Below are positions 46,597 to 57,213 of a stretch of 59,659 bases of DNA, piece by piece. The notes beneath the pieces are model-generated. The model saw only the letters and a program-made list of their open reading frames with translations, was not told the DNA's origin and did not search any database. The position numbers were made by a program, and so were the translations under genes. Source of the DNA: Patescibacteria group bacterium. GTDB lineage: Bacteria; Patescibacteriota; Minisyncoccia; Phycocordibacterales; PALSA-1337. How positions within the stretch are numbered: the stretch's first letter is position 1; every line of letters starts with the position of its first letter. The stretch lies in contig JANLHG010000020.1 of assembly GCA_024654575.1 (NCBI GenBank), forward strand, positions 121,991 through 181,649, given 5' to 3'.

Positions 46597-47592
46597 TTAA
46601 TCCAAAAACTGCACTTCTAGCTCGATGTCAATTCCTATTTTTTCTTTGACACAATTAGCGATTTTTTCGGCATATTCTTTAACTTCTTTAGCTGTCGCAT
46701 GACCCCAATTTACAAGCACGAGCGGTTGTTTTTCATAAGTACCAATATCTCCTTTTCTAACACCTTTAAGATTACAAATATTATCAAGAACCCACGCTAG
46801 AGGAATCTTCACGTTATTTTCATCTACATAATAATTTGGTAATAAAGGGTATTTTTCAAGTAATTTTTCATATTGTAGTTTATTAATAATAGGATTTTTA
46901 AAAAATGAGCCAGCTGTACCGTATTTTGACAAATCAGGAAATTTTTTTCCACGTATTTCCAAAACAGCTTTTCTTACTTTTTCAAGAGTCGGAGCGACAT
47001 TCTTTTCAAAAAAATAGTTTCTTAAATCTTTATATTCTATATTTAATTCACCTTTCTTTTTTAATTTAAAAGTGACATAAGTGATTATGTATTTCTTACC
47101 TTCTGGTTTTTTGAAAATACTATCGCGATATTTAAAACAGCAATCTTTATTTGAAAGCGTTTCAAATGTTAAACACTCAGTGTTCAATACATCAACGCTT
47201 TCAATAACATCTTTCACTTCTACTCCATAAGCTCCAATGTTTTGTACAGGCGATGCTCCAATAGTACCCGGAATGCCCGATAAATTTTCAACACCATACA
47301 ATTCGTCTTCTACACATTGACCAACAAACTCATCCCAATTTTCTCCTGCACCAATTTTTAATCCATCTACCCCCTTAATATCATTTTTTATAACCAAACC
47401 TTTGTAACCGTTATCATTAATTAAAATATTTGTACCCCCACCAATTACAAACCATGGAATTTTTTTATTTTTTGCAAAAAGAATGGCCTCTTTAATATCA
47501 TCAATTGTTTTTACCAAAGCAAAATAGGAAGCTTTGCCCCCTATTTTAAAAGATGTCATATCACCAAGTAAAACTTCAGTTTTTATTTCCAT
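46597..47592 (-). CDS. murB: UDP-N-acetylenolpyruvoylglucosamine reductase
   Basis: GGGTN, GIPGTIGASPVQNIGAYG, AGSFFKNP, LEVQ. Confidence 0.96.
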   Translation of the reverse strand: MEIKTEVLLGDMTSFKIGGKASYFALVKTIDDIKEAILFAKNKKIPWFVIGGGTNILINDNGYKGLVIKNDIKGVDGLKIGAGENWDEFVGQCVEDELYGVENLSGIPGTIGASPVQNIGAYGVEVKDVIESVDVLNTECLTFETLSNKDCCFKYRDSIFKKPEGKKYIITYVTFKLKKKGELNIEYKDLRNYFFEKNVAPTLEKVRKAVLEIRGKKFPDLSKYGTAGSFFKNPIINKLQYEKLLEKYPLLPNYYVDENNVKIPLAWVLDNICNLKGVRKGDIGTYEKQPLVLVNWGHATAKEVKEYAEKIANCVKEKIGIDIELEVQFLD

Positions 47593-47606
47593 AAATTACA
47601 CTCTAT

Positions 47607-47667
47607 GATGATCGACGGGTGTTGGCTCCAAAACAAAAGTAGTATGTGAGTACAGCCGTCGATCATC
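47607..47667 (-). ncRNA. Candidate structured 5' leader of murB
   Basis: 12-bp perfect stem GATGATCGACGG/CCGTCGATCATC with 37-nt interior, downstream of TGTTATAAT. Confidence 0.35.
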
Positions 47668-47706
47668 GCAAAGTATAAACTGATTATATTATAACATATA
47701 CGCAAA

Positions 47707-47724
47707 GTCCCGCCGAGGCGGGAC
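47707..47724. repeat. 18-bp GC palindrome (REP-like)
   Basis: GTCCCGCC-GA-GGCGGGAC in an AT-rich intergenic region. Confidence 0.75.
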
Positions 47725-47793
47725 CTAACGTCTTTTGTTTTTGAATACTAACAACATTAATACTCACACAATATGTATGCTAGCAAAAATAAA

Positions 47794-49860
47794 TTATTTT
47801 GTCAACAAATTTATCAACTCCTGACCTTTGGCTTTATAAGATGGATCTAAACGAATGACTATATTTATTTCCTCTAATGCTTTATTACGGTCGCCTAATC
47901 CAGCATAAACATTAGCAAGTGAAATATGAGCATTGACATTATTCGGATCTTTTTTCAAGATATCGGTAAAAACTAAACCTGAAACATTAAGAAAATATTC
48001 TCTAGCGGATGGATATTCGGGAGCCAGTTCATAAGCTGTTTTAAATGATTCAAAAGCATTTTTTAAATCACCAAGTTGATAATAATTTTCACCAAGCTCA
48101 AAAAGTATAGTTTGTTTCAAAGGAGAAAGATTATGGGCTTTTTCTATATAAGGCAAAGATTCTTTATAAAAACCAAAACTTTTCAAAAAGGTTCCATAAA
48201 ATAGCAATTTTCTGACATCATTACCATAATCACTAATACTTTTTTCAAATTGTGTCTTAGCTATATTAAAGAAACTTTGTTTAACTTCATTGGAGACCGC
48301 ATCACTTCCAATAACGCTCAATGTAACAGAAGAGAATTGTTCTAACGCTTCGGGTGTGGCCATTGTGTTATAAGAGAAAATTTTATTGTAATCATTAAGA
48401 ATATCATCTGCTTTTCCAGCTTGTTTATCTCTTAATCCTTGCAAAATTAATCGATTAGCAGAAATAGGACGCCAATCAATAAAATAAATTAAAATTACAG
48501 TCAAAATTATAACCAAAGGCAATATAAATTGAGATGTGGTAGAAACAGAAAATTCTTTCATTTTTTCAAAAAACACATTTGGTTTTGAAGAATTAGTGTG
48601 AAAATATGCTAACAGAGAGAAAAACAGAATATAACTTATGGTGTTATCAAAAACAAAGAAATTGTGGAAAAAATAACCTACCAAAAGTCCTGTGAATAAA
48701 CTCTTTTCAATTAAATCAAATTTTTGATACCGCCAAATGTGCCAAAAAGCTAAAAAGAAAAGAGAAAGATATCCTAATAAACCAAGAATACCAGCAGAAA
48801 TAAGCCAATCAAAAAATACATTATGTGCTCTATCAAACCATTGTTCCTGTGACCACATTTTTGGAACATAATATTTATTGAAAACAAAGTTAAAACTTTC
48901 TTGACCCCAACCGATAAGTATAGTTTTTGGACTCTCCTTGAATCCGCTCCATGCCATTCCCCAAATCATCATTCTAGGAGCAGCATCACTTTTTGAAATA
49001 GAAGAAAAACGCAATAGAACTGGGTTGTTTATAATATACGGTTTATGACGCAATGCCCAAAAACCACCAACTACAACAATGATTAAGAAAAGAAATGTAA
49101 TAGCAAAATAACGAAGTTTTTTATTTGCTAACTTAAAATGAAAAATATCAAGAAATATAAAAATAGCTAAAGTTATGGCAATTCCCCCGATAAGTCCTAA
49201 AATCGCCCCCCTGGTGACAGTGTAATAAATAACAACTAGCTCACAAACCATAAGAACTCCATAAGTAGCGACAGCCCAATTATTCTTACGATATCGCCAA
49301 GCCATAATAAGCGTCAAGAAAATACTAATCAACATATAACCCGCCAAATAAGCGGAATTACCGAAAGTCGCATCTAAACGATCACCTCCTTGATTAATAA
49401 CAATCTTTCCTGCAAGTTGAAAAAAACTATAAAAACATATAATACCACTAACCGCTAAACTAGTATTGAAAAAATAATTCCAGATTTTTTCTGTAGTAAA
49501 GACGGTACTCATGACAAAGAAATAAGCTAAAAGATGAATTAAAGTAATCCAACCTTCCATTCTTTCATAATTAGACCAAAAACTTTTATATGGATTTGCG
49601 CTGAAAATATCAGCAATACCTACAATAACCACAAAAACAGTGACAGCTATAGCAATCCAACTTGATTTCGGACGGTATCTTTTATCCACCAAAGCTAAAG
49701 TCAACCACAATGCAAAGACAACCTCTACAATAATTCTAAAAGTAAAATTTTTACCAGTAATAAAAGGAAAAAACATCGAACTAGAAACAATAAGAGGAAC
49801 AAAAGGAATCAGAAAAAGTCCAGTAATAATTGAATATCGTAAAAATGTCTTTAAATTCAT
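47794..49860 (-). CDS. O-antigen ligase/O-oligosaccharyltransferase-like membrane protein with C-terminal TPR
   Basis: Many TMs, TFGNSAYLAG, TRGA, GWGQE, DRAHN (Wzy_C-like), TPR tail. Confidence 0.88.
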   Translation of the reverse strand: MNLKTFLRYSIITGLFLIPFVPLIVSSSMFFPFITGKNFTFRIIVEVVFALWLTLALVDKRYRPKSSWIAIAVTVFVVIVGIADIFSANPYKSFWSNYERMEGWITLIHLLAYFFVMSTVFTTEKIWNYFFNTSLAVSGIICFYSFFQLAGKIVINQGGDRLDATFGNSAYLAGYMLISIFLTLIMAWRYRKNNWAVATYGVLMVCELVVIYYTVTRGAILGLIGGIAITLAIFIFLDIFHFKLANKKLRYFAITFLFLIIVVVGGFWALRHKPYIINNPVLLRFSSISKSDAAPRMMIWGMAWSGFKESPKTILIGWGQESFNFVFNKYYVPKMWSQEQWFDRAHNVFFDWLISAGILGLLGYLSLFFLAFWHIWRYQKFDLIEKSLFTGLLVGYFFHNFFVFDNTISYILFFSLLAYFHTNSSKPNVFFEKMKEFSVSTTSQFILPLVIILTVILIYFIDWRPISANRLILQGLRDKQAGKADDILNDYNKIFSYNTMATPEALEQFSSVTLSVIGSDAVSNEVKQSFFNIAKTQFEKSISDYGNDVRKLLFYGTFLKSFGFYKESLPYIEKAHNLSPLKQTILFELGENYYQLGDLKNAFESFKTAYELAPEYPSAREYFLNVSGLVFTDILKKDPNNVNAHISLANVYAGLGDRNKALEEINIVIRLDPSYKAKGQELINLLTK

Positions 49861-49880
49861 ATTTTTAATAATAACATAAT

Positions 49881-51383
49881 TTATACAACCACTCCAATTT
49901 TTTTAGCAAGAAGGTCTGCAAACTCAACAAGTGCCAATCTTTTTTTAACTTCATCTCTTTCATTTTCCCAAACATATAAAATATCTACATCAGCAGAATC
50001 TTCAAAAATAGCCGAGACGTAAGCCAATAATTCATTGTCATCAGGTTTAAATTTCGCTAGTTTTGATTTTATAATATGAGGAAGTTCTTCAATGGTTTTA
50101 CAATGAGTTATTAAAGACATACGATTATAAAAAGCATGACCGAATGTTATCACTGGTTTATTTAAAAGTACTCCTTCAAAACCGATTGAACCAGTGATGG
50201 AAGTAACAAGTTTAGCGTTTTTAATTAATTCAAACCCTGTGACGGAAGGATTTATCAGACGAACGTTAGGAATTTTTTTAATATCTTTATAGTAAGATGA
50301 TGGACGATAGATGGCCATATGAGGATGGTCTTTAACATAAAGTTTATAGCCAACTGGTAAAGAACGGGCTATTTGTTTTATTAACCATACTTGGTCTGCA
50401 ACAAAAGGAGCAAGGAGTAAAAGCGAAACTTCAGGTTCTAAATGAAGTCCAAAAAAAGCATACGGTTCATTTACTATAGGATAATCATATATTCCACGAG
50501 CATTAAAAAGATTTCTCATCTTTCTTTTGATATGGTCTTTTATATAATTCCACGGATTTATTGAAGTATAATCATTTCTATCATTTGAAAACCAATGTCT
50601 CATAAATAATTTAAACAACCAACTCAATGAATTAAAATAATTCCAAGGCATTAAAAACTTAAACTGATGACCCAAAGAAAGTTTTTTCTCTATTCCTGTG
50701 TGCATTTGAGAATAAGTTCTTGGTTTATTTCTGAAGGATCCAACATATTTTTTAGCAACAGAGTAATATTTATTTTTAGTTACTCCTTGTTCCAGATTTT
50801 TTTTATATATTTCATCAACACCTGTTATAAAATCATAATCTTCAGAAACAGTTATTTTATTTTCAATACTAGGAAGAATCATGACTAAAGTTTTAATTCC
50901 TCTTTTTTTAGCAATATGATACAGAAGATAACTTCCTACCCCACCCGGTTGAGTAGTAAAAAGATAATCAGGTTTTTCTTTATCGAGAAATTCAATAATA
51001 GCTTTAGCATTTACTTGAAGAATTTTAAGCATATCTTCGTGAGAATATCTTGAAGTATTATGAGGATATTCACGAACAATCTGATCACTCATTATAATTC
51101 TATCGACAGCAAGATATGGCCAAAAATTTGGAATTCCATAATCTTTTTCTAAACGAGTTAGAAAATCTAAATCTAAAATTTCATTTTTATATCTATTATG
51201 AATATCTTCATCTAAAATAAGCGAGGTGTAATTTACCTCTTTTTGTGTCCGAAGGAAATCATAAGTTGAACGCAAAAAAACATAACCGCAAAATTGCGTT
51301 AGTCCATACTTTTTCTTAAGATGAACAATAATATCGTGAGCAATATAAGCAAAACGACGTTGTAAGACAAAACATCCTTTCAT
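49881..51383 (-). CDS. Capsule polysaccharide biosynthesis (KpsS-like) protein
   Basis: FGLHLEPE, VKDHP, ITGSIGFEG..LNKPVITFG. Confidence 0.75.
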   Translation of the reverse strand: MKGCFVLQRRFAYIAHDIIVHLKKKYGLTQFCGYVFLRSTYDFLRTQKEVNYTSLILDEDIHNRYKNEILDLDFLTRLEKDYGIPNFWPYLAVDRIIMSDQIVREYPHNTSRYSHEDMLKILQVNAKAIIEFLDKEKPDYLFTTQPGGVGSYLLYHIAKKRGIKTLVMILPSIENKITVSEDYDFITGVDEIYKKNLEQGVTKNKYYSVAKKYVGSFRNKPRTYSQMHTGIEKKLSLGHQFKFLMPWNYFNSLSWLFKLFMRHWFSNDRNDYTSINPWNYIKDHIKRKMRNLFNARGIYDYPIVNEPYAFFGLHLEPEVSLLLLAPFVADQVWLIKQIARSLPVGYKLYVKDHPHMAIYRPSSYYKDIKKIPNVRLINPSVTGFELIKNAKLVTSITGSIGFEGVLLNKPVITFGHAFYNRMSLITHCKTIEELPHIIKSKLAKFKPDDNELLAYVSAIFEDSADVDILYVWENERDEVKKRLALVEFADLLAKKIGVVV

Positions 51384-51449
51384 ACGCCAGATTATACATT
51401 ATATTGCAATTTATTGTAATTGTAGTATGGTATTTTTAGAAAGGATTTT

Positions 51450-52424
51450 ATGAACATTGTCAAAATTCGAAACAAGTCAGTTGGCCCAGGCCAACCGACC
51501 TACATTGTTGCCGAAATCGGCATCAACCACAACGGCTATCTCAGAATAGCAAAGGACCTCATTGATGTCGCCGTCAAAGCTGGTGCCGACGCAGTGAAGT
51601 TCCAAACAAGGAATGTGGATGTGGTATTCACAGAGGAGGAGCTTACAAGGCTCCGTCCCGTACCCAAAAACATTCTTGAAAACGCTATAACTCGTGGAGT
51701 ATTGCCAGATGAAGCCATTGAACGACTTCAATCGTCAGACTTCCGACAAAGCACAAACGGAGACCTCAAGCGACTGCTTGAGTTCTCTGATGAAGAGTAC
51801 GCAGAAATTAGCAGGTACTGCGAATGGAAAGGGATTGATTGGTTCACCTCCTGTTGGGACGCCGATTCGATTGACCGAATGGAGAAATTCAATCCTCCTT
51901 GTCACAAGATCGCTTCGGCCTGCAATGAAGATGATGAACTTATGCTTCGGGCACGTGCCACCGAAAAACCAATCATCCTCTCAACGGGAATGACGGATTT
52001 AGAAGGTGTCAAAACCGCCATTGAAATCATCGGAAAAGAGAATCTCGTCATTCTCCATTGTACGAGCGTCTATCCAAAAGGCGCCGAGTCAAATCTGGAC
52101 ATCTTGAAGCTCATTAACCTTCGAGGTATGGACACTCTTTCCGAAGAGTTCGGCGTTCCTGTTGGTTTTTCTAGTCACGACTCTGGAATTCAGCCAACCT
52201 ACGCATCGGTCGTTCGAGGCGCGGTGATGGTTGAAAAACACATCACGCTTGAGCGCGGAATGTGGGGTTCGGACCAGGGGTCTTCGGTTGAGTCTAGTAG
52301 TTTCATTCATCTCTGTGGAATGATACGACAAATTCCTTCGGTGTTAGGTGATGGAGAAATTGTCGTTTATCCAGCAGAAGAAGAAGTGTCGAATAAACTT
52401 CGGCGAGTGCGCCGAAAAAAATAG
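51450..52424 (+). CDS. neuB: NeuB-family nonulosonate synthase, no C-terminal SAF/AFP domain
   Basis: AEIGINHNG, DAVKFQ, LSTGM, LHCTSVYP, GFSSH, EKHITL. Confidence 0.92.
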   Translation: MNIVKIRNKSVGPGQPTYIVAEIGINHNGYLRIAKDLIDVAVKAGADAVKFQTRNVDVVFTEEELTRLRPVPKNILENAITRGVLPDEAIERLQSSDFRQSTNGDLKRLLEFSDEEYAEISRYCEWKGIDWFTSCWDADSIDRMEKFNPPCHKIASACNEDDELMLRARATEKPIILSTGMTDLEGVKTAIEIIGKENLVILHCTSVYPKGAESNLDILKLINLRGMDTLSEEFGVPVGFSSHDSGIQPTYASVVRGAVMVEKHITLERGMWGSDQGSSVESSSFIHLCGMIRQIPSVLGDGEIVVYPAEEEVSNKLRRVRRKK

Positions 52425-52447
52425 ACGGTTTTATTTTAAACAAACGC

Positions 52448-52479
52448 AACTAGTGGAGCTTCCCTCCACTAGTTTTTTT
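52448..52479 (+). terminator. Intrinsic terminator after neuB
   Basis: AACTAGTGGAG-CTTCC-CTCCACTAGTT followed by a T-run. Confidence 0.8.
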
Positions 52480-52499
52480 ATGCTACACTATGTCCAATT

Positions 52500-53240
52500 A
52501 TGAATTTTACCCAAAAAGTAGTTGCCATTATCCCAGCCCGAGGTGGTTCAAAAGGTGTACCTAAAAAAAATATTCGTAAAGTAGGAGGCTTTCCTCTTAT
52601 CGCTTACGCTATCGCTGTAGCAAAACTTTCAAAATATATTGATAGAATTATTGTAAGTACCGATAATGAAGAAATAGCTAAAGTGGCAAAAAAATATGGT
52701 GCTGAAGTGCCTTTTCTACGCCCTGCCGAATTTGCAAAAGATTCTTCTACTGACAGAGAGTTTATACTACACACTCTAAATTGGCTTAACGAAAATGAGG
52801 GTGAAGTACCAGAATATTTAGTACAAATTCGTCCAACAACTCCACTTCGCGAACCAGCTCTAATAGACAAAGCTATTGAAAAAATAAAGAAAAATAAAAA
52901 CGCTACTTCACTTCGCTCTGGTTATGAAATGAGAGAATCACCATATAAGTTATTTGGAATTGAGAACGATTTTTTTACAGGATTATTTCCAAATGACCCA
53001 CGACCTGAATATTACAATCTACCTCGCCAGAATTTTTCGTCTGTTTATCAGCCAGATGGTTATGTAGATGTCATTGTTTCAAAACACGCCTTGAATTCTC
53101 CAAGTTTACACGGACCAAAAATTTTATCTTTTATAACACCAAATGTTGGAGAAATTGATAACAAAGAAGATTTCAAATTTCTAGAATTTAATTTAGAAAA
53201 ACGAAAGTGGGCTATTCACGAATACCTAAAGCGTCTTTAA
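52500..53240 (+). CDS. neuA: CMP-nonulosonate synthetase (acylneuraminate cytidylyltransferase)
   Basis: IPARGGSKGVPKKN, VSTD, RPTTPLR, IDNKEDF. Confidence 0.93.
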   Translation: MNFTQKVVAIIPARGGSKGVPKKNIRKVGGFPLIAYAIAVAKLSKYIDRIIVSTDNEEIAKVAKKYGAEVPFLRPAEFAKDSSTDREFILHTLNWLNENEGEVPEYLVQIRPTTPLREPALIDKAIEKIKKNKNATSLRSGYEMRESPYKLFGIENDFFTGLFPNDPRPEYYNLPRQNFSSVYQPDGYVDVIVSKHALNSPSLHGPKILSFITPNVGEIDNKEDFKFLEFNLEKRKWAIHEYLKRL

Positions 53241-54471
53241 TAACTTTAAAAGCTTCAAGAAGAGCTTCAGTAGAAATTGTTAAAGGAGGTGCTATTTTAA
53301 TTGAATTTTTATTAGTACAGACAGGAAGAACTCCATTATAAATACACTCCTTGACCACTCTCAATGCATCTTCAGTTTTATCAAAAATAATAGCCCCCAT
53401 CATTCCTCTCACATTAATTTTCTTAACTAACGAAGAAGATAAAAGTGAACTCATTTCTTTCTCAAAAACTTTCATAGTTTTTTCTCTTAATTTAATTTGC
53501 TGTGAACTAGAAAGAAACTCAAGATTTGCCAATCCAGCTGCACAAGCTAAAGCGTTACCAGAATGTGTACCGTGTAAGTCAGCTTTTTCATCAATATTCA
53601 CAATATCTTTTCTACTAAGAACAGCAGAAATAGGTAGAGAAGAAGAAATACCTTTTCCTAAACCTATAATATCTGGCCTAATTTCTTTTCCATAAGTCAT
53701 ATATCCATAAATTGGACCGAGTCGATAAAAACCTGCTTGCATTTCATCAAAAGATACTAAAGCTCCAGATTTTTTAGCAAATTGATATAAATCTTTAATA
53801 TATTTTTGTGGATAAAACCACTCTCCCCAACCTTGAAATGTTTCTACAATAAAACCAGCAATTTCTTCAGCTGGAGGTAGTTTTGTAGGATCAAAAACAT
53901 CTTCCTCATTATAAGGAAAATCCAGAAAAATAACTGAATTATCACCAACACCAGACCACTTTGCTTTATCAATACTTCCAGAGACTAGATCATTACTTAA
54001 ACCACGACCATGATAATTACCTTTAAAAGTAATAATATATTTTTTATTATATTTTTGACCATAAAGTTTTATAAGTTTATACACAATATCCATAGCTTCT
54101 GAACCAGAATTAAGAAGAATTGCACTATTGTAATAAGAAGGAGATATTGAAAGAAGTTTAGAAATAAATTTATGTTTTATTTTAGTCGGATAATTATAAG
54201 CAAAAAGCATATCTGAATCGAGCTGATCTTTAATTGCTTTTTTAATTTTAGGATTAGAATGACCTGCATTAGTAACAAAAATACCAGAAGTCATATCTAT
54301 CCATTTATTTCCTTTATCATCCCAAACTGAAAAATCAACAGCTTTATTCCACGTAATCGGTATAGTATTAATTACGGACTTAGGTTCCATTTTTGATATA
54401 GTATTAAATAAAGAATTATTCTTTAATGAAAAACCATCTTTTATTTCTCGATATTTAGTTTTTATTTTCAT
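53212..54471 (-). CDS. Class III PLP aminotransferase (start at MKIKTK)
   Basis: NSGSEA, YHGR, DEMQAGF, GKG, GTHSGN. Confidence 0.9.
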   Translation of the reverse strand: MKIKTKYREIKDGFSLKNNSLFNTISKMEPKSVINTIPITWNKAVDFSVWDDKGNKWIDMTSGIFVTNAGHSNPKIKKAIKDQLDSDMLFAYNYPTKIKHKFISKLLSISPSYYNSAILLNSGSEAMDIVYKLIKLYGQKYNKKYIITFKGNYHGRGLSNDLVSGSIDKAKWSGVGDNSVIFLDFPYNEEDVFDPTKLPPAEEIAGFIVETFQGWGEWFYPQKYIKDLYQFAKKSGALVSFDEMQAGFYRLGPIYGYMTYGKEIRPDIIGLGKGISSSLPISAVLSRKDIVNIDEKADLHGTHSGNALACAAGLANLEFLSSSQQIKLREKTMKVFEKEMSSLLSSSLVKKINVRGMMGAIIFDKTEDALRVVKECIYNGVLPVCTNKNSIKIAPPLTISTEALLEAFKVIKDALGIRE

Positions 54472-54493
54472 AAAGCTATGATAGCATATCATT

Positions 54494-55429
54494 ATGAATT
54501 ATTCGACTCTCGGAAAAACAGGACTAAAAATCTCTAAAATTGGATTAGGAACAGCGGAAATTGGTTTTGAATATGGAATTGCCGACAGACCATTACCAAA
54601 TGAAAATGAATCTATAGACTTATTAAAAAAAGCTGTAGAACTCGGTATTAATTTTTTTGATACAGCAAATTACTATGGATTATCTGAGGAAAGAATAGGA
54701 AAATCTGGTATTCTTAAAAATCCTGATATTATTGTTGAAACAAAATGTGCACAATTTCTTGAAAAAGGAGAATATTTTCCAATAGCTGAACTAGAACAAA
54801 AAATTAGAACTCAAGTACAAGATAGTTTATCAAAATTACAGATTAATTCTTTACCAATACTAATGATTCATGGACCAAATAAAGAACAAATTGAAAAAGG
54901 AGAATTAATCGAAATTTTGCAAAAATTTAAAAAAGAGGGACTGATTCGTTTTATAGGTGTTTCAACTCGAGGTGAAGATGCACCACTATCGGCAATCACT
55001 TCAAATTTTTTTGACATTATTCAAGTTGCCTACAGTATTTTAGACCAAAGAATGGCGACAAGAGTCTTTGTTGAAGCGAACAAAAATAATATCGGAGTAG
55101 TAAATCGTTCAGTATTATTAAAAGGGTCTTTAACCCCACTACGAGAAAAACTTCCAAAAGGGCTTGAATTATTAAAATCAAATGCTGATAAAGCTAATAA
55201 AATTGCCATTTCTTTAGGAATTGATTTACCAACATTAGCGATCAGGTTCGCTATCGATAATCCATTAATTTCAACATCACTCATCGGTACGAATAAAAAA
55301 GAAAATCTAGAAAAAGCAGTCAAAACAATTGAAATGGGTCCATTACCTACAGAAATTATAAATGAACTCAAAAAATTGGCGATTAATGATCCAAAACAAG
55401 TAGACCCAGCTCAATGGCCAAAATTATAA
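54494..55429 (+). CDS. Aldo/keto reductase
   Basis: GLGT, DTANYYG.SE, TK, H catalytic tetrad. Confidence 0.92.
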   Translation: MNYSTLGKTGLKISKIGLGTAEIGFEYGIADRPLPNENESIDLLKKAVELGINFFDTANYYGLSEERIGKSGILKNPDIIVETKCAQFLEKGEYFPIAELEQKIRTQVQDSLSKLQINSLPILMIHGPNKEQIEKGELIEILQKFKKEGLIRFIGVSTRGEDAPLSAITSNFFDIIQVAYSILDQRMATRVFVEANKNNIGVVNRSVLLKGSLTPLREKLPKGLELLKSNADKANKIAISLGIDLPTLAIRFAIDNPLISTSLIGTNKKENLEKAVKTIEMGPLPTEIINELKKLAINDPKQVDPAQWPKL

Positions 55430-55433
55430 ATAT

Positions 55434-56252
55434 ATGAATTTTGCTTACGAAACATACAAAAACGTAGAATCATCTAAAAACTTTTCAAACAAAAAAGAAA
55501 TGCAGGAGTATCGCTCTCTATTAATGGATAGAGTTTATAAAAAAGAAATTCCTTTTTTCAAAAAAAAATTTCCCAAAGGACTTGGCGAGATATTAGAAAT
55601 TGGTTCTGGAAATAGTAGAATATTATACGCTTTAGAAAAAGAAAATCTTATCACTACTGGAACTGGTTTAGAAATATCACCATCTCGTTCAGAATTTGCA
55701 AATATCTGGAAAAAAGATTTAAAATCAAAAAATGTAAAAAATATTTGTGGAGATTTTCTCTCAATAAACATAAAAGAAAAATTTGATACCATTCTTTGTC
55801 TTACCAGTATATTTCCCTTTTTTGATATGTTACAAAAAAATGGCTTTAACACATTTCTAAAAAAAGTTAATCAACTACTTAATCCTAATGGAATTTTAAT
55901 ACTAGAGTCAGTCACTTTTAAACAAGAAATAACTTCAGCAATAACATTCGGAGGTAAAGTAAATCTTTGGGCAGAATTTAAAAAAAGCGATCCATTTCAA
56001 TTTAATCTTGTTGAATATGCTTGGGATAAAAAGAAAAGAGAACTGACAGCAACAACATACAACACTATGCGTCAAAAACTCTATATAGACGGCCCAACAA
56101 TAAAAAAATGGCATATGGAAGAGAGAAAATCTATTGAACAAAAACTCATAAAAAATGGTTTTAAAATAGAAGCTGTTTATGGAGGATACAGTTCAAATCC
56201 ATATAAAGACAATTCTTTAGAATATATTTTTGTTGCAAAAAAAATAAAATAG
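55434..56252 (+). CDS. Class I SAM-dependent methyltransferase
   Basis: ILEIGSGNS, GLEIS, FDTILCL, LNPNGILIL. Confidence 0.85.
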   Translation: MNFAYETYKNVESSKNFSNKKEMQEYRSLLMDRVYKKEIPFFKKKFPKGLGEILEIGSGNSRILYALEKENLITTGTGLEISPSRSEFANIWKKDLKSKNVKNICGDFLSINIKEKFDTILCLTSIFPFFDMLQKNGFNTFLKKVNQLLNPNGILILESVTFKQEITSAITFGGKVNLWAEFKKSDPFQFNLVEYAWDKKKRELTATTYNTMRQKLYIDGPTIKKWHMEERKSIEQKLIKNGFKIEAVYGGYSSNPYKDNSLEYIFVAKKIK

Positions 56253-56267
56253 TAGTAATTTGTATCT

Positions 56268-57212
56268 ATGAAATGCACTATATGCGATAAAAATGTAACG
56301 ACAATAATAACCAAAGAATTACGAAAAGGAGAAAAAAGAAATGTCTATCTTTGTGAAAATTGTGAACTTGGTATACTAGACTCAAATTTGAGTGCAGAAG
56401 AATTAAAAAAATTTTATTCTGAAGAGTATAGAAAAATAGGTACCCCGAATATTTCTCATAATTCAAATCCTCAAGAACTTTTTGACACATATTCTAAATT
56501 TCAAGAAGAGAGAATAAAAATTCTTTCACCTTATTTAAATAAAAAAACTAAATTGCTTGAAGTAGGATGTTCTGCTGGAATGTTTCTTTACAATGTCAAA
56601 AATCAAGTTAAAGAAATAGTAGGAATTGATTTTGATAAAAAATCTGCAGAATATACTTCCAAAAAATGTGGGTGTAAAGTTTACACTACAGATATAAAAG
56701 AAACACCTCTTCCTAAAAAATACTTTAATGTAATTGTAGCTTTTCAAACTTTAGAACACGTTAAAAATCCCCACGATTTTATAAATAATTTGAAAGAATA
56801 TCTTGCCCCAGGTGGAATGATCGTTATGGAAGTACCTAATCTTTATGATGCTCTAGTATATTTATATGATCTTCCAAAACACAAACGTTTTTACTATCAT
56901 TCATCACATCTTTGGTACTTTACCGAAAAAAGTTTGAAGTTAATTATAGATAAAAGTGGATTCAAAGGAAAAGTCTATCACACTCAAGATTATAATGTTT
57001 TAAATCATTTTCATTGGGTAGATACTGACACACCCGATAGTGATTGCAATAAAGGTTTAAACAAACCAATATTACCCCTAAGAAAAGAGAGGTCAGAGAA
57101 AATGAAAAAAGCTATCTCAAATTTTATTATTTCGGTTGATAAAGATTATAAAAAAATGCTTGCTCATTTGAAAATAACTTCTAATATAATTTATATTGGA
57201 AAACTAAAATAA
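56268..57212 (+). CDS. Class I SAM methyltransferase with N-terminal Zn-binding CxxC pairs
   Basis: CTIC..CENC, LLEVGCSAG, LEHV, EVPN. Confidence 0.9.
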   Translation: MKCTICDKNVTTIITKELRKGEKRNVYLCENCELGILDSNLSAEELKKFYSEEYRKIGTPNISHNSNPQELFDTYSKFQEERIKILSPYLNKKTKLLEVGCSAGMFLYNVKNQVKEIVGIDFDKKSAEYTSKKCGCKVYTTDIKETPLPKKYFNVIVAFQTLEHVKNPHDFINNLKEYLAPGGMIVMEVPNLYDALVYLYDLPKHKRFYYHSSHLWYFTEKSLKLIIDKSGFKGKVYHTQDYNVLNHFHWVDTDTPDSDCNKGLNKPILPLRKERSEKMKKAISNFIISVDKDYKKMLAHLKITSNIIYIGKLK

Positions 57213-57213
57213 T

